Source of the DNA: Bacilli bacterium
Lineage (GTDB): Bacteria; Bacillota_I; Bacilli_A; RF39; UBA660
Direction: 5' to 3'
DNA length: 64,000 nucleotides
Assembly: GCA_017409025.1 (NCBI GenBank)
Contig: JAFQTN010000002.1
Coordinates: 112,185-176,184 of the forward strand
In this document: one piece after another, positions 50,351 through 61,074 of the stretch
How positions within the stretch are numbered: position 1 is the first letter of the stretch
Layout of the letters: each line of letters begins with the position of its first letter
The notes under the pieces: generated by a model
Told to the model about the DNA's origin: nothing
The model's input: the letters and a program-made list of their open reading frames with translations, nothing else
Databases searched by the model: none
Made by a program: the position numbers and the translations under genes

Positions 50351-53300
50351 TTACTTTTTATTATTAATAATTCCGTTAATCTTTATTAAAATACCAATCA
50401 AATACATTAAATAATGTCCTTCTAATTTAACCTTATCTAAAATAACATGAATAGAATTATTCTTATAAGTAAATCTAAAATTACGAGATACATTATAAGC
50501 TTCATGGAATAATTTTTCTCCATCTATTTGAGAACTTAATTCTTTCGGTAAAGTAATATCCACAGAATTCTTTCCATCAACGACTTCTGTTATACCCAAA
50601 TTTCTGGCTATTTTTTCAAACCATTCTTCATACATATAGATTTCTAAATCTTCACTTAGTTTACCAAATCTATCTTCAAGTTCTTCTTTAACACTACAAA
50701 AACTATCATAAGAATCTACTTCATTAATCTTCTTGTGAATTGCAATTTTAAGTTCACTATCCATAACATAATTATCATCAATATGTGTTGATACAGATAT
50801 TAAAGGAATATCTTTTTTAGTAGTATCTTCTTCTTCACAGATTACTTCACCCTTAGCTTTTCTGATTGCTTCATTTAACATTTTTAAATATAAATCAATT
50901 CCAATCGTATCAATAAATCCAGATTGTTCTCTACCTAAAATATCTCCAGCACCTCTAATAGATAAATCTCTCATAGCAATCTTAAATCCACTACCAAGTT
51001 CTGTAAACTCTTTAATCGTATCTAATCTCTTAATAGCAGTATCAGTCAAAAATTTATTCTTACTATACATTAAATATGCATAACCAATTTTATTACTTCT
51101 ACCTATTCTTCCCCTAATTTGATATAACTGAGAAAGCCCAAATCTATCCGCATCTATTATAATTAAAGTATTAACATTAGGTATATCAATTCCAGTTTCA
51201 ATAATCGTTGTACATACCAACACATTATATTTTCCTTGAATGAAATCATTCATTTTCTTTTCTAACTGATCTTTTGTCATCTTACCATGTGCATAGTCTA
51301 CATTAGCTTCAGGAACTAATCTCTTAATTTCTCTAACTTTTTCTTCTATTCTCTCTACACTATTAAATAGTATAAATACTTGACCATCACGAGATAATTC
51401 TTTATATATAGCATCTTTTATTACTAAATTAGATTCTTCTAAAACATATGTCTGAATTGGATACCTCTCTTTTGGAGGAGTCTCTATTAAAGCAAGACTT
51501 CTAATACCAGTCATTGACATTTGTAAAGTTCTAGGTATTGGCGTTGCAGATAATGTCAAAACATCTACATTAGCTTTTAATTGTTTTATTTTTTCTTTAT
51601 GGGTAACTCCAAATCTTTGTTCTTCATCAACGACTAATAATCCTAAATCTTTAAATACTACATCTTCACTAAGTAATCTATGAGTTCCAAATAAAATATC
51701 AATTTTACCATCTTTTAAATCTTCAAGAACCTTAGTCTGTTTACTTTTATCAACAAATCTGTTGATAAGACCAATATTAACAGGAAATGTTGAAAACCTA
51801 GCTTTAGCTGATTCATATTGTTGACTAGATAAAATAGTCGTAGGACATAAATATGCTACCTGTTTACCATCATTAATAGCCTTAAACATTGCTCTAAAAG
51901 CCACTTCTGTCTTACCATAACCAACATCCCCACATAAAAGCATATCCATAGGTTTTGGTTTTTCCATCTCTTCCTTAATTAAACTAATAGCCTTAATCTG
52001 ATCAGGTGTTTCCATATATATAAACTCACTATCAAATACTGCTTGATTCTCATCATCACGAGAAAATGCATACCCTGGAGTAATTTCTCTTTCCGCAGAT
52101 ACCATTATCAAATCACCCGCAATACTTGCTAATTTTTCACGAACTTTGCCTTTTTTCTTCTTCCAATTATCATTAGAAAGACTATTTAAATTAACTCCAA
52201 CTCCTTCTTTACCAGTATATTTACTAATTCTATCAATATTCTCAACTGGAATATACAAAGAATCTCCACCGGCATATTCTAACTTAACATAATCTTTCTT
52301 CATTCCATTTTTTTCAATTGTAAACAACCCCTGATAAATACCTATTCCAAACATTTCATGAACAACATAATCCCCCACTTCTAGATTAGTTATTGCATGA
52401 ACCTTAGAACCTAACTTATATTTACTCTTATATTTAGTTTTCTCTTCCTTAATGTCAAATAAATCTTTCTTACCAAGAACCACATAATTGCTATATATAA
52501 ATCCATTAGAAATATTTTTATTAATTAAATTAATCTTACCAGCAACTATATTTTTTTCATCGGATAATATAATATCATCAATCTCTAAATACTTAACTAT
52601 TCTCTTAGCAGTATCCTTATTATCTATACATAAAATAACTGTATAACCACTACCAATATATTTAATTAAATCTTTCTTTATTTCTTCATAATTACCATTA
52701 TATTTATTAACAGAACTAAAATCAAATTTATAATTTTTTAAAGACTTACCAATATGATCATCAAAATGATAATAATAAATATTTAAACTAGATTTAATTG
52801 AAGTTATCTCGTGCATATAACTAGTTTCTATTTCTCCCTTATTATCTTTATCATAATCCATAATTGAATCTATAAGTAAAGAATAACTGTTAAGTATCAT
52901 TCCATAATCATAATAATAAACTACTGGATTGTCTAAATATTCACTTATTTGTGATACCTCTTTAGAATAATATTTTAAATACTTTTGACGTCTATCAACA
53001 TCTTCCTTATATTCATCTATTATAAATTCTGTAAATGGTGAAATAGTAACTTCATCTATTTCTTTTAAAGATAATTGCGTATCAACATCAAAATACTTGA
53101 TACTATCTATTGTATCTCCCCAAAACTCTATTCTAACGGCATCTTCATAAGAAGCTGGAAATATATCTATAACGTACCCTCTAACACCAACTTTACCAGT
53201 ACCATTTACAATAGTCTCACGTTCATAACCGATATTATATAAATCCGTTAGAAGTTTCTCTCTATCAACATCTATTCCCTTTTTTAAAGTAATATTAGAT

Positions 53301-53668
53301 TTTTCCCATAAACTTTTCGTAGGTAAATATCTTAAAGCACCCATCAAATTAGTAACCACTATGTATTTATTACTACTAAGTAATGTATTTAAAGTATTAA
53401 TTCTCTCTGCTTTAAATTCTGGACTAATCGCAATCGCTTCACTTGTCAAAAAATCATCCATTGGAAAAAATAAAACTTTATCCGTATAATTAAGTAATGA
53501 TTGATATAAATTGTTTGCTTCGAAAGTAGAACTAGTAACGACCAAAAAGCCTTTATTATTTCTAATAAAAGCATTATATATATTAATACATACTAACTCA
53601 TTATTTAATCCTGATACTGAATAATCACTATTATTATCTATATCAAAAACATTATCAAAAAATTTCAT
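50351..53668 (-). CDS. mfd: Transcription-repair coupling factor
   Basis: CarD-like segment, helicase motifs GDVGYGKTEVA, DEEQRFG, SATPIPRT, QLYQIRGRIGRS. Confidence 0.97.
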   Translation of the reverse strand: MKFFDNVFDIDNNSDYSVSGLNNELVCINIYNAFIRNNKGFLVVTSSTFEANNLYQSLLNYTDKVLFFPMDDFLTSEAIAISPEFKAERINTLNTLLSSNKYIVVTNLMGALRYLPTKSLWEKSNITLKKGIDVDREKLLTDLYNIGYERETIVNGTGKVGVRGYVIDIFPASYEDAVRIEFWGDTIDSIKYFDVDTQLSLKEIDEVTISPFTEFIIDEYKEDVDRRQKYLKYYSKEVSQISEYLDNPVVYYYDYGMILNSYSLLIDSIMDYDKDNKGEIETSYMHEITSIKSSLNIYYYHFDDHIGKSLKNYKFDFSSVNKYNGNYEEIKKDLIKYIGSGYTVILCIDNKDTAKRIVKYLEIDDIILSDEKNIVAGKINLINKNISNGFIYSNYVVLGKKDLFDIKEEKTKYKSKYKLGSKVHAITNLEVGDYVVHEMFGIGIYQGLFTIEKNGMKKDYVKLEYAGGDSLYIPVENIDRISKYTGKEGVGVNLNSLSNDNWKKKKGKVREKLASIAGDLIMVSAEREITPGYAFSRDDENQAVFDSEFIYMETPDQIKAISLIKEEMEKPKPMDMLLCGDVGYGKTEVAFRAMFKAINDGKQVAYLCPTTILSSQQYESAKARFSTFPVNIGLINRFVDKSKQTKVLEDLKDGKIDILFGTHRLLSEDVVFKDLGLLVVDEEQRFGVTHKEKIKQLKANVDVLTLSATPIPRTLQMSMTGIRSLALIETPPKERYPIQTYVLEESNLVIKDAIYKELSRDGQVFILFNSVERIEEKVREIKRLVPEANVDYAHGKMTKDQLEKKMNDFIQGKYNVLVCTTIIETGIDIPNVNTLIIIDADRFGLSQLYQIRGRIGRSNKIGYAYLMYSKNKFLTDTAIKRLDTIKEFTELGSGFKIAMRDLSIRGAGDILGREQSGFIDTIGIDLYLKMLNEAIRKAKGEVICEEEDTTKKDIPLISVSTHIDDNYVMDSELKIAIHKKINEVDSYDSFCSVKEELEDRFGKLSEDLEIYMYEEWFEKIARNLGITEVVDGKNSVDITLPKELSSQIDGEKLFHEAYNVSRNFRFTYKNNSIHVILDKVKLEGHYLMYLIGILIKINGIINNKK

Positions 53669-53672
53669 ACCA

Positions 53673-54242
53673 TCATTCCTTATGTATCTTAGTATTATAT
53701 TTTTGTATTAAACTATCCATATTCATAGATATATAATCATTTACTATGTCTCTTAATTTAAAAAATACATCATTTAATATTTCCCTATCATCACTCTTAA
53801 ACTTACCTAAAACATAATCTTTAGTATCCATTAAATTTGATTTACCTATCCCTATTTTAACCCTTAAAAAATTCTTGCTACCAAGTTTTAAAACAATATC
53901 TTTAATTCCGTTATGTCCGCCATCTCCGCGATTAAAAAGTAGTTTCAAAGTTCCTAAATCCATATCCAAATCATCTTGAATAATCATAATGTCACTAATA
54001 TTTAATTTATAAAAATTAACATATTTAATAACAGCATCACCTGATAAATTCATATAAGTAGTAGGTTTTATAACAACTACCTTTTCACCATTTATATCAG
54101 TAATATATTCCATTGAATTCATTTTCTTATTCACTATAAAATTAGAACTGTCAAATATATAATCTAATAACATAAAACCTACATTATGTCTTGTATTATC
54201 ATATTTATTATCAGGATTTCCTAAACCTACAACTAACTTCAT
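53673..54242 (-). CDS. pth: Peptidyl-tRNA hydrolase
   Basis: MKLVVGLGNPDNKYDNTRHNVGF, GGHNGIKDI. Confidence 0.97.
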   Translation of the reverse strand: MKLVVGLGNPDNKYDNTRHNVGFMLLDYIFDSSNFIVNKKMNSMEYITDINGEKVVVIKPTTYMNLSGDAVIKYVNFYKLNISDIMIIQDDLDMDLGTLKLLFNRGDGGHNGIKDIVLKLGSKNFLRVKIGIGKSNLMDTKDYVLGKFKSDDREILNDVFFKLRDIVNDYISMNMDSLIQKYNTKIHKE

Positions 54243-55084
54243 TAATTATCACTCCCATGATATTCTTTATATATTTCATTCTTAGGAACTTTTCTCTCTT
54301 TAGCTACTTTTTTTATAGCTTCCATACTAGTTAAGCCAGTACGAATATATCTATTTATAGCTTCATTAACACTAATATCTAAGGTAATATCATCTTCTTC
54401 ACTAGGAGATACGACAATCACAAATTCTCCCTTAAATTCTTTAGTATTCTTAATTGCATCACTAATAAGTCCTACATAAACACTTTCATGAAGTTTAGAA
54501 ATTTCCCGAGATATACTAATATATCTATCACCAAATACCTCTAACATCATATTTAAAGTTTTTAACATTCTATGAGGTGCTTCGTAAAAAACTAAAGTAT
54601 ATTCAGAATCTTTTAAATATTCTAATTCTTGTTTCATCTTACTTTCTTTACTTGACAAAAATCCATAAAATGTAAAATGTTCAGAACTTATTGAAGAAGC
54701 AATTAATGCTGGAACAAACGCACAAGCACCAGGTAATCCAATAACATTATAACCATTATCTTTTAAAAATTTTACCGTTTTATATCCTGGATCACTAATA
54801 ATAGGAGTTCCCCTATCAGTAACGATTGCTACATTCTTACCTTCTTTTAAATAATTCATTACCTTATCTTTAACTATATCTTCATTATGATCATGTAAAG
54901 CAATTAATTTGTTTTTTATTTCAAAATGATTTAATAATTGTAAAGTAACTCTTGTATCCTCCGAAAATATTACATCCACTATTTTCAATATATTTATTGC
55001 CCTAAAAGTCATATCTTCTAAATTACCAATTGGTGTTGGTACTAAATAAACACTAGGACTACCATCATAACTATTCTGCCACAT
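54242..55084 (-). CDS. rsmI: 16S rRNA (cytidine1402-2'-O)-methyltransferase
   Basis: YLVPTPIGNLEDMTFRA, SEDTR, SDPGY. Start uncertain by a few codons. Confidence 0.9.
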   Translation of the reverse strand: MWQNSYDGSPSVYLVPTPIGNLEDMTFRAINILKIVDVIFSEDTRVTLQLLNHFEIKNKLIALHDHNEDIVKDKVMNYLKEGKNVAIVTDRGTPIISDPGYKTVKFLKDNGYNVIGLPGACAFVPALIASSISSEHFTFYGFLSSKESKMKQELEYLKDSEYTLVFYEAPHRMLKTLNMMLEVFGDRYISISREISKLHESVYVGLISDAIKNTKEFKGEFVIVVSPSEEDDITLDISVNEAINRYIRTGLTSMEAIKKVAKERKVPKNEIYKEYHGSDN

Positions 55085-55811
55085 CATCATTTCCTCCAAA
55101 CATCATTCTAACCTCTTTCGTATAACTCCCATCATCATTATGAGTATACATTGGACTTAATAATTTTAATCCAGTCTTACCATTCTTAATTCCTTCAATA
55201 AGTAATATATTCGCATCTTTCCCAACTTTTGGATAAACAATTCTAAGTCTCTTAGGTTCAATTCCATATTTTTGCATTAAATTAATTATCTCTATAATCC
55301 GATCAGGTCTATGAACCATAGCTAAAGTTCCACCAGTTTTTAAAAGATACTTACTTACTTTCATAACATCTTCTAAAGTTAATTTAACCTCATGTCTAGC
55401 AATCGTCTTAATATCATTATCATTAACCAAACTATTATCTTGATATTTAAAATATGGCGGATTACAAGTAACAACATCAACACTCTCAGATTGAAATATA
55501 TTTTCTATATTCTTAACATCATCATTTATAAGTTCTATTTGCTTATCCATGCCATTTTCTTTAACTGAATCATATCCCATTGAATAAACTTCTTTTTGTA
55601 ATTCAACGCCAAAAATCCTAGCTTTAGTCCTAAAAGACATAAGCATAGGAATAGGTGCATTACCACTACATAAATCTACTATTTTTTTATCACTTAATTT
55701 AATAGTTACAAAATTGGCTAATAATACTGAATCCAAAGAAAAAGCAAAATAATCTTCATCTTGATAAATTATATTATCCGAAAAATTTAATAATCTATTC
55801 TTTACTCTCAT
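55071..55811 (-). CDS. SAM-dependent N6-adenine methyltransferase (YabB / tRNA m6A37 TrmN6-like)
   Basis: VVTCNPPYF motif. Synteny with yabB in Bacillus. Confidence 0.75.
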   Translation of the reverse strand: MRVKNRLLNFSDNIIYQDEDYFAFSLDSVLLANFVTIKLSDKKIVDLCSGNAPIPMLMSFRTKARIFGVELQKEVYSMGYDSVKENGMDKQIELINDDVKNIENIFQSESVDVVTCNPPYFKYQDNSLVNDNDIKTIARHEVKLTLEDVMKVSKYLLKTGGTLAMVHRPDRIIEIINLMQKYGIEPKRLRIVYPKVGKDANILLIEGIKNGKTGLKLLSPMYTHNDDGSYTKEVRMMFGGNDDVAE

Positions 55812-56583
55812 CTGATACTTCCACAGTTAATATTTCATTCTCAGATAATAATACCTTATAAGTCTTTTTAAATACATCAACTGAAATTACTTTACCTTCA
55901 CCCTTCTCAGTTTTAACTCTGTGACCAACATCAGGTAAACCCTTCTTATATTCAGTATAATTATCATTTTCATATTTTAAACAACATAAAAGTCTTCCAC
56001 AAACCCCATTTATCTTCGTAGGATTTAAAGATAAATTTTGATTTTTAGCCATATTTATAGAAACGCTATCAAACTCAGTTAAAAAATTATTACAACATAA
56101 TTTTCTTCCACAAGGACCAATACCACCAATTTCCTTAGCCTTGTCCCTAATACCTACTTGTCTAAGTTCTATTCTAGTTTTAAATATAGTCCCTAAATCT
56201 TTAGCTAATTGCCTAAAGTCTACTCTATTATCAGAAACAAATCTAAATATTAATTGTTCTCTATCAAAAGTATAACTTACATCAATAATCTTCATATCAA
56301 GTTCATATTGATTAATTAAATCATTACATTTTACTAAAGCCTTATCAGCATCACGTAAATTATTCATATGTTTTTTATGATCATTCTTATTAGCTATTCT
56401 TATAACATTTTTATATTCTAAATTATTAGTTTTATCTCCTTCAACTGAACTTATAACAACCTCTCCATATTGAAGACCCTTTTCAGTTTCAACAATTACT
56501 TTATCTCCTTCATTTAGATTATATCCATTAGAATTAAAATAATAAGTTTTTCCATTATCACTTAGCTTAATACCTACTACCAT
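55795..56583 (-). CDS. ricT: PSP1-domain protein YaaT/RicT
   Basis: PSP1 C-terminal pattern with the GPCGRKLCCNNF...CGRLLCCLKYE cysteine cluster. Follows holB. Confidence 0.85.
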   Translation of the reverse strand: MVVGIKLSDNGKTYYFNSNGYNLNEGDKVIVETEKGLQYGEVVISSVEGDKTNNLEYKNVIRIANKNDHKKHMNNLRDADKALVKCNDLINQYELDMKIIDVSYTFDREQLIFRFVSDNRVDFRQLAKDLGTIFKTRIELRQVGIRDKAKEIGGIGPCGRKLCCNNFLTEFDSVSINMAKNQNLSLNPTKINGVCGRLLCCLKYENDNYTEYKKGLPDVGHRVKTEKGEGKVISVDVFKKTYKVLLSENEILTVEVSDESKE

Positions 56584-57475
56584 TATTAATTCCTCCAATA
56601 CTAATTATTATCATATCCATAAGTAAATTACTATTAACATTAAACTTAATAGAATCCTTAGCATCAAGTAAAATATTTATTTTTTCTAATACACCTTCTA
56701 ATTTATTTAATTTAGATAATTCTATTATTTCTTCTTTCCACTTCATACATTTAATATTACTATTACCCATAATAATCTTTACTATATCATAATATATATC
56801 TATCATTCTATCAAATACAACTATCATTTTATCCCTATCTTTAGCAGAAACTACTGAAAACCATATATCTTTAACAGATATAATCGTATCTATACCTTTA
56901 GTTTCTAGCGTTGTTACAAAATCTATTGCTAATTTTTCTAACGCTTCATCTACAACTATGTCTTCATTTATTACATTATTAAGTTTTATAACCTTACATC
57001 TAGAAATAATCGTAGATAAAACATTATTAATATTATTAGTCATAAGTATAGCTATAATATCATCTTCTGGTTCTTCCAAAAATTTAAGCATCGAATTAGC
57101 AGCCTCTGCCCTCATTTTTTCACAATCTCTAATGATATATATTCTTTTCTTACCTTCTACCGCAGATCTAGAAAATTCTTGTTGTAAAGAAGTAATCTGT
57201 TGTTTTTTTATATATGTTCCATCAGCACTAATTATCTTAAGTTCCGGATAATTACCATCATCTATTCTCTTACATAAAGAACACTCACTACACTTACTAT
57301 TATCAAAATATTTATTTTCACAAAGTATCGCTTTAACAAAAGAAAGAACCATATTAAAAGAATCAGAATAATTATTTTCATCAATCAAATAAGCATGAGT
57401 AACACAATTATTCATAATATCTTTAATAAATAAATTATATGCTAACTCTTGCTTGTCCTTATAATCATTAAGCAT
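56567..57475 (-). CDS. holB: DNA polymerase III subunit delta'
   Basis: THAYLI motif, zinc-module-like CSECSLCKR, SRCKVIKL sensor. Assigned with synteny support. Confidence 0.85.
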   Translation of the reverse strand: MLNDYKDKQELAYNLFIKDIMNNCVTHAYLIDENNYSDSFNMVLSFVKAILCENKYFDNSKCSECSLCKRIDDGNYPELKIISADGTYIKKQQITSLQQEFSRSAVEGKKRIYIIRDCEKMRAEAANSMLKFLEEPEDDIIAILMTNNINNVLSTIISRCKVIKLNNVINEDIVVDEALEKLAIDFVTTLETKGIDTIISVKDIWFSVVSAKDRDKMIVVFDRMIDIYYDIVKIIMGNSNIKCMKWKEEIIELSKLNKLEGVLEKINILLDAKDSIKFNVNSNLLMDMIIISIGGINNGSRY

Positions 57476-57495
57476 ACTTCAACACCCCAACTCTA

Positions 57496-57684
57496 TTAAA
57501 TACAAACTAAAGAAAATAATATAAGCATAATTATTGAAGGGATTCCACAAAATGTAACTAATAATATTGTAAAAATATTCATCGGTATAAACAAATCAAG
57601 TGGTAAAGTCATTTTATTATAAGCATATATTAGTAATACTGCCAAAATAAACTTCTTTACTAAGTTACATATTTTCTTAATCAT
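57496..57684 (-). CDS. bofA: BofA-like small membrane protein (pro-sigmaK processing inhibitor family)
   Basis: 62 aa, two TM helices, GIPS motif. Position after recR as in Bacillus. Confidence 0.5.
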   Translation of the reverse strand: MIKKICNLVKKFILAVLLIYAYNKMTLPLDLFIPMNIFTILLVTFCGIPSIIMLILFSLVCI

Positions 57685-57722
57685 TATTATCACCTAATAA
57701 ATATTATGACTTGTCTATATTT

Positions 57723-58319
57723 TTATGCTACATCTTTTCTATCTTCAAAAGCCATTTCCAATGTCATCGTATCAATATATTCAATATCTGTCCCCATAGG
57801 TATTCCTATTGGTATTTTTGATACCTTAACATTATATTTAGATAATATTTTCTTAATATATTGCATCGTAGTCTCTCCTTCAATACTAGGTTTTAAAACT
57901 ACGATAACTTCTCTTACGTTATCATCTTGTACTCTTTTAACAAGACTACTTAAATTTATATCTTCCGGATTTACCCCATCCATCGGAGATATAAGTCCAT
58001 CTAATACATGATATCTTCCATTATAAGTACCCATTTTTTCAAATAATATTATATCTTTAGATTTTTCTACGACAAATAGCGTACTACTATCTCTATTATC
58101 ATCATTACATATATAACACTTATCCATATCAGTAATACATCCACATATTGGACATTTCTTTATATTTTCTTTAATACTAATAATAGAATTAGCAAAATTA
58201 TCTAATTTATCTTTATCAAAACCAACAACTGCATAAGCAAGTCTCTCTGCAGATTTTTCCCCTATACCCGGTAAATCTTTTAAACACTCAATTAAATTTC
58301 TAATACTACTAGGATACAT
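57723..58319 (-). CDS. recR: Recombination protein RecR
   Basis: LPGIGEKSAERLAY HhH, CxxC..CxxC zinc finger, Toprim. Confidence 0.97.
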   Translation of the reverse strand: MYPSSIRNLIECLKDLPGIGEKSAERLAYAVVGFDKDKLDNFANSIISIKENIKKCPICGCITDMDKCYICNDDNRDSSTLFVVEKSKDIILFEKMGTYNGRYHVLDGLISPMDGVNPEDINLSSLVKRVQDDNVREVIVVLKPSIEGETTMQYIKKILSKYNVKVSKIPIGIPMGTDIEYIDTMTLEMAFEDRKDVA

Positions 58320-58320
58320 C

Positions 58321-58620
58321 TTACATCAACCCAGCTAAACCTTGACCATATTTACCAAGTTTCTTCTCTTTATCAGCATCAGCCTTCTTAACTGCATCGT
58401 TGATAGCTATCATTATCATATCTTCTAGCATTTCAACATCATCTTTTGTAATGTCTTCATCCATATTTATTTTAACACTAGTAACTTCTTTCTTGCCATT
58501 AATCTTAACACTTACCAATGAAGATGTTCCTTCATAAGTAGTATTTTCTAACTCAGCTTGATCCTTTTGTAATTTAGCTTGCATCTTTTGTGCTTCCATC
58601 ATTAATTTTTGCATATTCAT
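58321..58620 (-). CDS. ybaB: Nucleoid-associated protein YbaB/EbfC
   Basis: MQKLMMEAQKMQAKLQK N-terminus. Located between dnaX and recR. Confidence 0.93.
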   Translation of the reverse strand: MNMQKLMMEAQKMQAKLQKDQAELENTTYEGTSSLVSVKINGKKEVTSVKINMDEDITKDDVEMLEDMIMIAINDAVKKADADKEKKLGKYGQGLAGLM

Positions 58621-58635
58621 ACTTTATCACCTTTC

Positions 58636-60351
58636 CTATTTAAATTCTAGATTTTCTTCACCAACTATATCAAATAGTCTATCAACAATTGTCGCTTCTT
58701 TTTGTTGATTATTATCCTTATTTTCCTCTAAAACTAATTTTTTTACTTCATATTTTATACCATTTTTAATATTATTGATATACTCTTCTTTATGTTTATT
58801 CCATTCTTCATTTGTTATTACAACATAATTATATTTACCATCTAATATCATATTAACAAAATCATTACTTAATTTTTCATTTAAATATACTCCATTTATT
58901 AAAGACTCATATAAAACAGTAAATATAATATAATTATCTCCTACTACTTCTAAGGTAACATCAGTCCATTTACCAACTACTGAAGAATAATGGCTGTCAG
59001 TCAAATAATCACATACATTGTTCCATTTTTCTTGTAAACTAATCTTTAACTTTTTATCAGCTAACGCTAAAGCATTATTTATTATAACATCTTTATTTTT
59101 AATAACTATATTATTATTTTCATTAATAACTTTACTACTAACATCTTCTTTATTAACAGTTAAATCAGTATATTCTTTTTTGTCATTATACGTAAAATTA
59201 AATGCCAACCCATATTCTTGATTATTTTCTTCTTTTTTAATTTTTTTTAACACTAAAGTATCTTCTTCAACATCTAAAGAATTAAATTTATTAGCTACTA
59301 ACAAGAAATTTGATATAACAACAACAGATTGTCTAGTAACATTTTTAATCTTATCAACAAGTTGATTAATGATATCTATAACATAAAATATATCTTTTAA
59401 ACAATACATCTCACTTACCTTAGACAAATACTCACTATCAGTTTTTATTAATTTAGAAGTTACTTCCTTCTTATATAAAATTAAATCTTTTAAAAACATC
59501 ATTACATCTTCAAGAAATTTACCATAATTTTTACCATTATTATTCAAATTTTCTAAAAACTCAGTAATTTTTTCTAAATTGTTATTTTTCAAATTACAAA
59601 GTAAATTACATATTTCATTTAAAGATACATTTCCGCACACCTCATAAACATCAGATAAAGTTATGTTTCCTTGAGAAAAAGATCTAAGCTGATCTAAGAA
59701 ATTAATTGAATCTCTCATTCCACCATCAGATATTTTTGCTATTTCATATAATGCCTCATCAGATATTTCAATTTTTTCTATATCAGCAATCTCTCTCAAT
59801 TTTTTCACTATATCAACAACATCTATTTTATTAAACTGAAATTTTTGACATCTTGAAGTAATAGTTAAAGGAATTTTATAATATTCTGTCGTAGCTAATA
59901 TAAATATAACATGCTTTGGAGGTTCTTCTAATGTTTTTAATAAAGCATTAAATGCCTGATTTGTAAGCATATGAACTTCATCTATTATATAAACCTTATA
60001 TTTACATACGCTAGGTACTAAATTTGCTTTTTCTCTTAAATCTCTTATTTCATCAACACCATTATTTGATGCTGCATCAATTTCAATAATATCACTACCA
60101 CTTGATGCACTCAAACAACTAGGACACTCATTACAAGGCATATCATCATGAAGATTCTCACAATTAACCATTTTAGCCATAATTTTTGCAGTTGTAGTCT
60201 TTCCAGTACCTCTTGGTCCGGAAAACAAATAAGCATGCGATATAGTTCCATTTTTAATAGAACTAGCTATAATCTTTCTTATTTCATTCTGACCAACCAT
60301 TTCATACAAATTTGAAGGCCTATATTTTCTATATAAAGCTAAATACTCCAT
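58636..60351 (-). CDS. dnaX: DNA polymerase III subunit tau/gamma
   Basis: YRPSNLYEMVGQ, HAYLFSGPRGTGKTT, zinc module CNECPSC, SRCQKF. Confidence 0.97.
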   Translation of the reverse strand: MEYLALYRKYRPSNLYEMVGQNEIRKIIASSIKNGTISHAYLFSGPRGTGKTTTAKIMAKMVNCENLHDDMPCNECPSCLSASSGSDIIEIDAASNNGVDEIRDLREKANLVPSVCKYKVYIIDEVHMLTNQAFNALLKTLEEPPKHVIFILATTEYYKIPLTITSRCQKFQFNKIDVVDIVKKLREIADIEKIEISDEALYEIAKISDGGMRDSINFLDQLRSFSQGNITLSDVYEVCGNVSLNEICNLLCNLKNNNLEKITEFLENLNNNGKNYGKFLEDVMMFLKDLILYKKEVTSKLIKTDSEYLSKVSEMYCLKDIFYVIDIINQLVDKIKNVTRQSVVVISNFLLVANKFNSLDVEEDTLVLKKIKKEENNQEYGLAFNFTYNDKKEYTDLTVNKEDVSSKVINENNNIVIKNKDVIINNALALADKKLKISLQEKWNNVCDYLTDSHYSSVVGKWTDVTLEVVGDNYIIFTVLYESLINGVYLNEKLSNDFVNMILDGKYNYVVITNEEWNKHKEEYINNIKNGIKYEVKKLVLEENKDNNQQKEATIVDRLFDIVGEENLEFK

Positions 60352-60391
60352 AACCTCACCTCATCACTAATAATTATACCATATTTAATAA

Positions 60392-60817
60392 CTAATTTCT
60401 TTTATTTTCAAAAAATAATTGAAGCATTTTAAGATATTTTTTTTTAAGTTCTTCATCATCTATTTTAATAGTATCTATATATTCACCAGTTTTAAAACAA
60501 ACATTTGTTCTATCACATAAATAATATACTTTTTCTATTCTACTTTCTAATATAGCACCAGAACACATCATACAAGGAAGTAAAGTAACATACATCTCAC
60601 AACCATCAAGTCTCCAATCACCAACAAAACGGCAAGCTTCTTCAATTGCATTTATTTCAGCATGCCCAATTACACTATTATCATTTTCCCTATTATTAAT
60701 ACCTCTTCCAATTATCTCATTATTTTTAACAACAATTGCACCAACAGGAATCTCATCTTTATTATAAGATTCAACTGCTAAATTGTATATTTCATCAACA
60801 AAATCTTTTTTCATCAC
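60392..60817 (-). CDS. tadA: tRNA-specific adenosine deaminase
   Basis: HAEINAIEEA and PCMMCSGAI CDA zinc motifs. Confidence 0.93.
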   Translation of the reverse strand: MMKKDFVDEIYNLAVESYNKDEIPVGAIVVKNNEIIGRGINNRENDNSVIGHAEINAIEEACRFVGDWRLDGCEMYVTLLPCMMCSGAILESRIEKVYYLCDRTNVCFKTGEYIDTIKIDDEELKKKYLKMLQLFFENKRN

Positions 60818-60933
60818 TAACCACCACTTACATTTATATTATATCAACAATTACATTATTTTTAAAGAAAAAAACATCACAAAAGCATTATCAAATTATT
60901 AATTCCACTTTTTATAAATTACAAGTTAATTTT

Positions 60934-60947
60934 ATTTCCCAGGAAAT
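60934..60947. promoter_or_regulatory. NBS-like palindrome ATTTCCCAGGAAAT (13/14 to the Noc-binding-site consensus ATTTCCCGGGAAAT)
   Basis: Read directly. Embedded in the longer symmetric ttatttcc-ca-ggaaataa. Confidence 0.45.
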
Positions 60948-60989
60948 AATTTAATAAAAAGATAACTGATTTATACATATATATAAAAG

Positions 60990-61048
60990 GGAAATAATCT
61001 GATTTTTACAGTCTGTGCATATTTCTATTACAGATTTTTAATTTCTGT
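60990..61048. repeat. Left arm of inverted repeat bracketing the parS array
   Basis: 59 nt, 57/59 identical to the reverse complement of 62008..62066. Weaker symmetry continues inward to the first and last parS (about 105-115 bp in total). Confidence 0.9.
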
Positions 61049-61074
61049 TAATTTTTATATACATTTTTTTAACA

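Noticed and set aside
58636-60351. Programmed ribosomal frameshift site in dnaX (tau/gamma).
   Set aside because: I did not recognise an A AAA AAG-type slippery heptamer with a downstream hairpin at the appropriate position. A-runs are ubiquitous in this genome, so any call would be unsupported.
60352-60391. SRP (scR/4.5S) RNA expected between tadA and dnaX by analogy with Bacillus.
   Set aside because: The gap is only 40 nt, too short for any SRP RNA, so it must be encoded elsewhere.
753-60954. About 30 ORFs of 60-161 aa in the supplied track lying antisense to or inside larger genes: 753..1025, 1098..1301, 2793..2999, 8761..8946, 12344..12526, 15707..15895, 19449..19766, 19924..20160, 21399..21698, 22571..22912, 27426..27656, 29723..30052, 30521..30706, 33718..34137, 35359..35649, 35579..35770, 35767..35982, 38261..38461, 38537..38782, 38978..39214, 39629..39901, 42634..43119, 45203..45388, 48554..48739, 56958..57251, 57706..58011, 59018..59221, 60736..60954.
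   Set aside because: Each overlaps a confidently identified gene on the other strand or in another frame. They lack RBS signals and have the Ser/Leu/Ile/Phe-rich composition typical of antisense reading of AT-rich genes.
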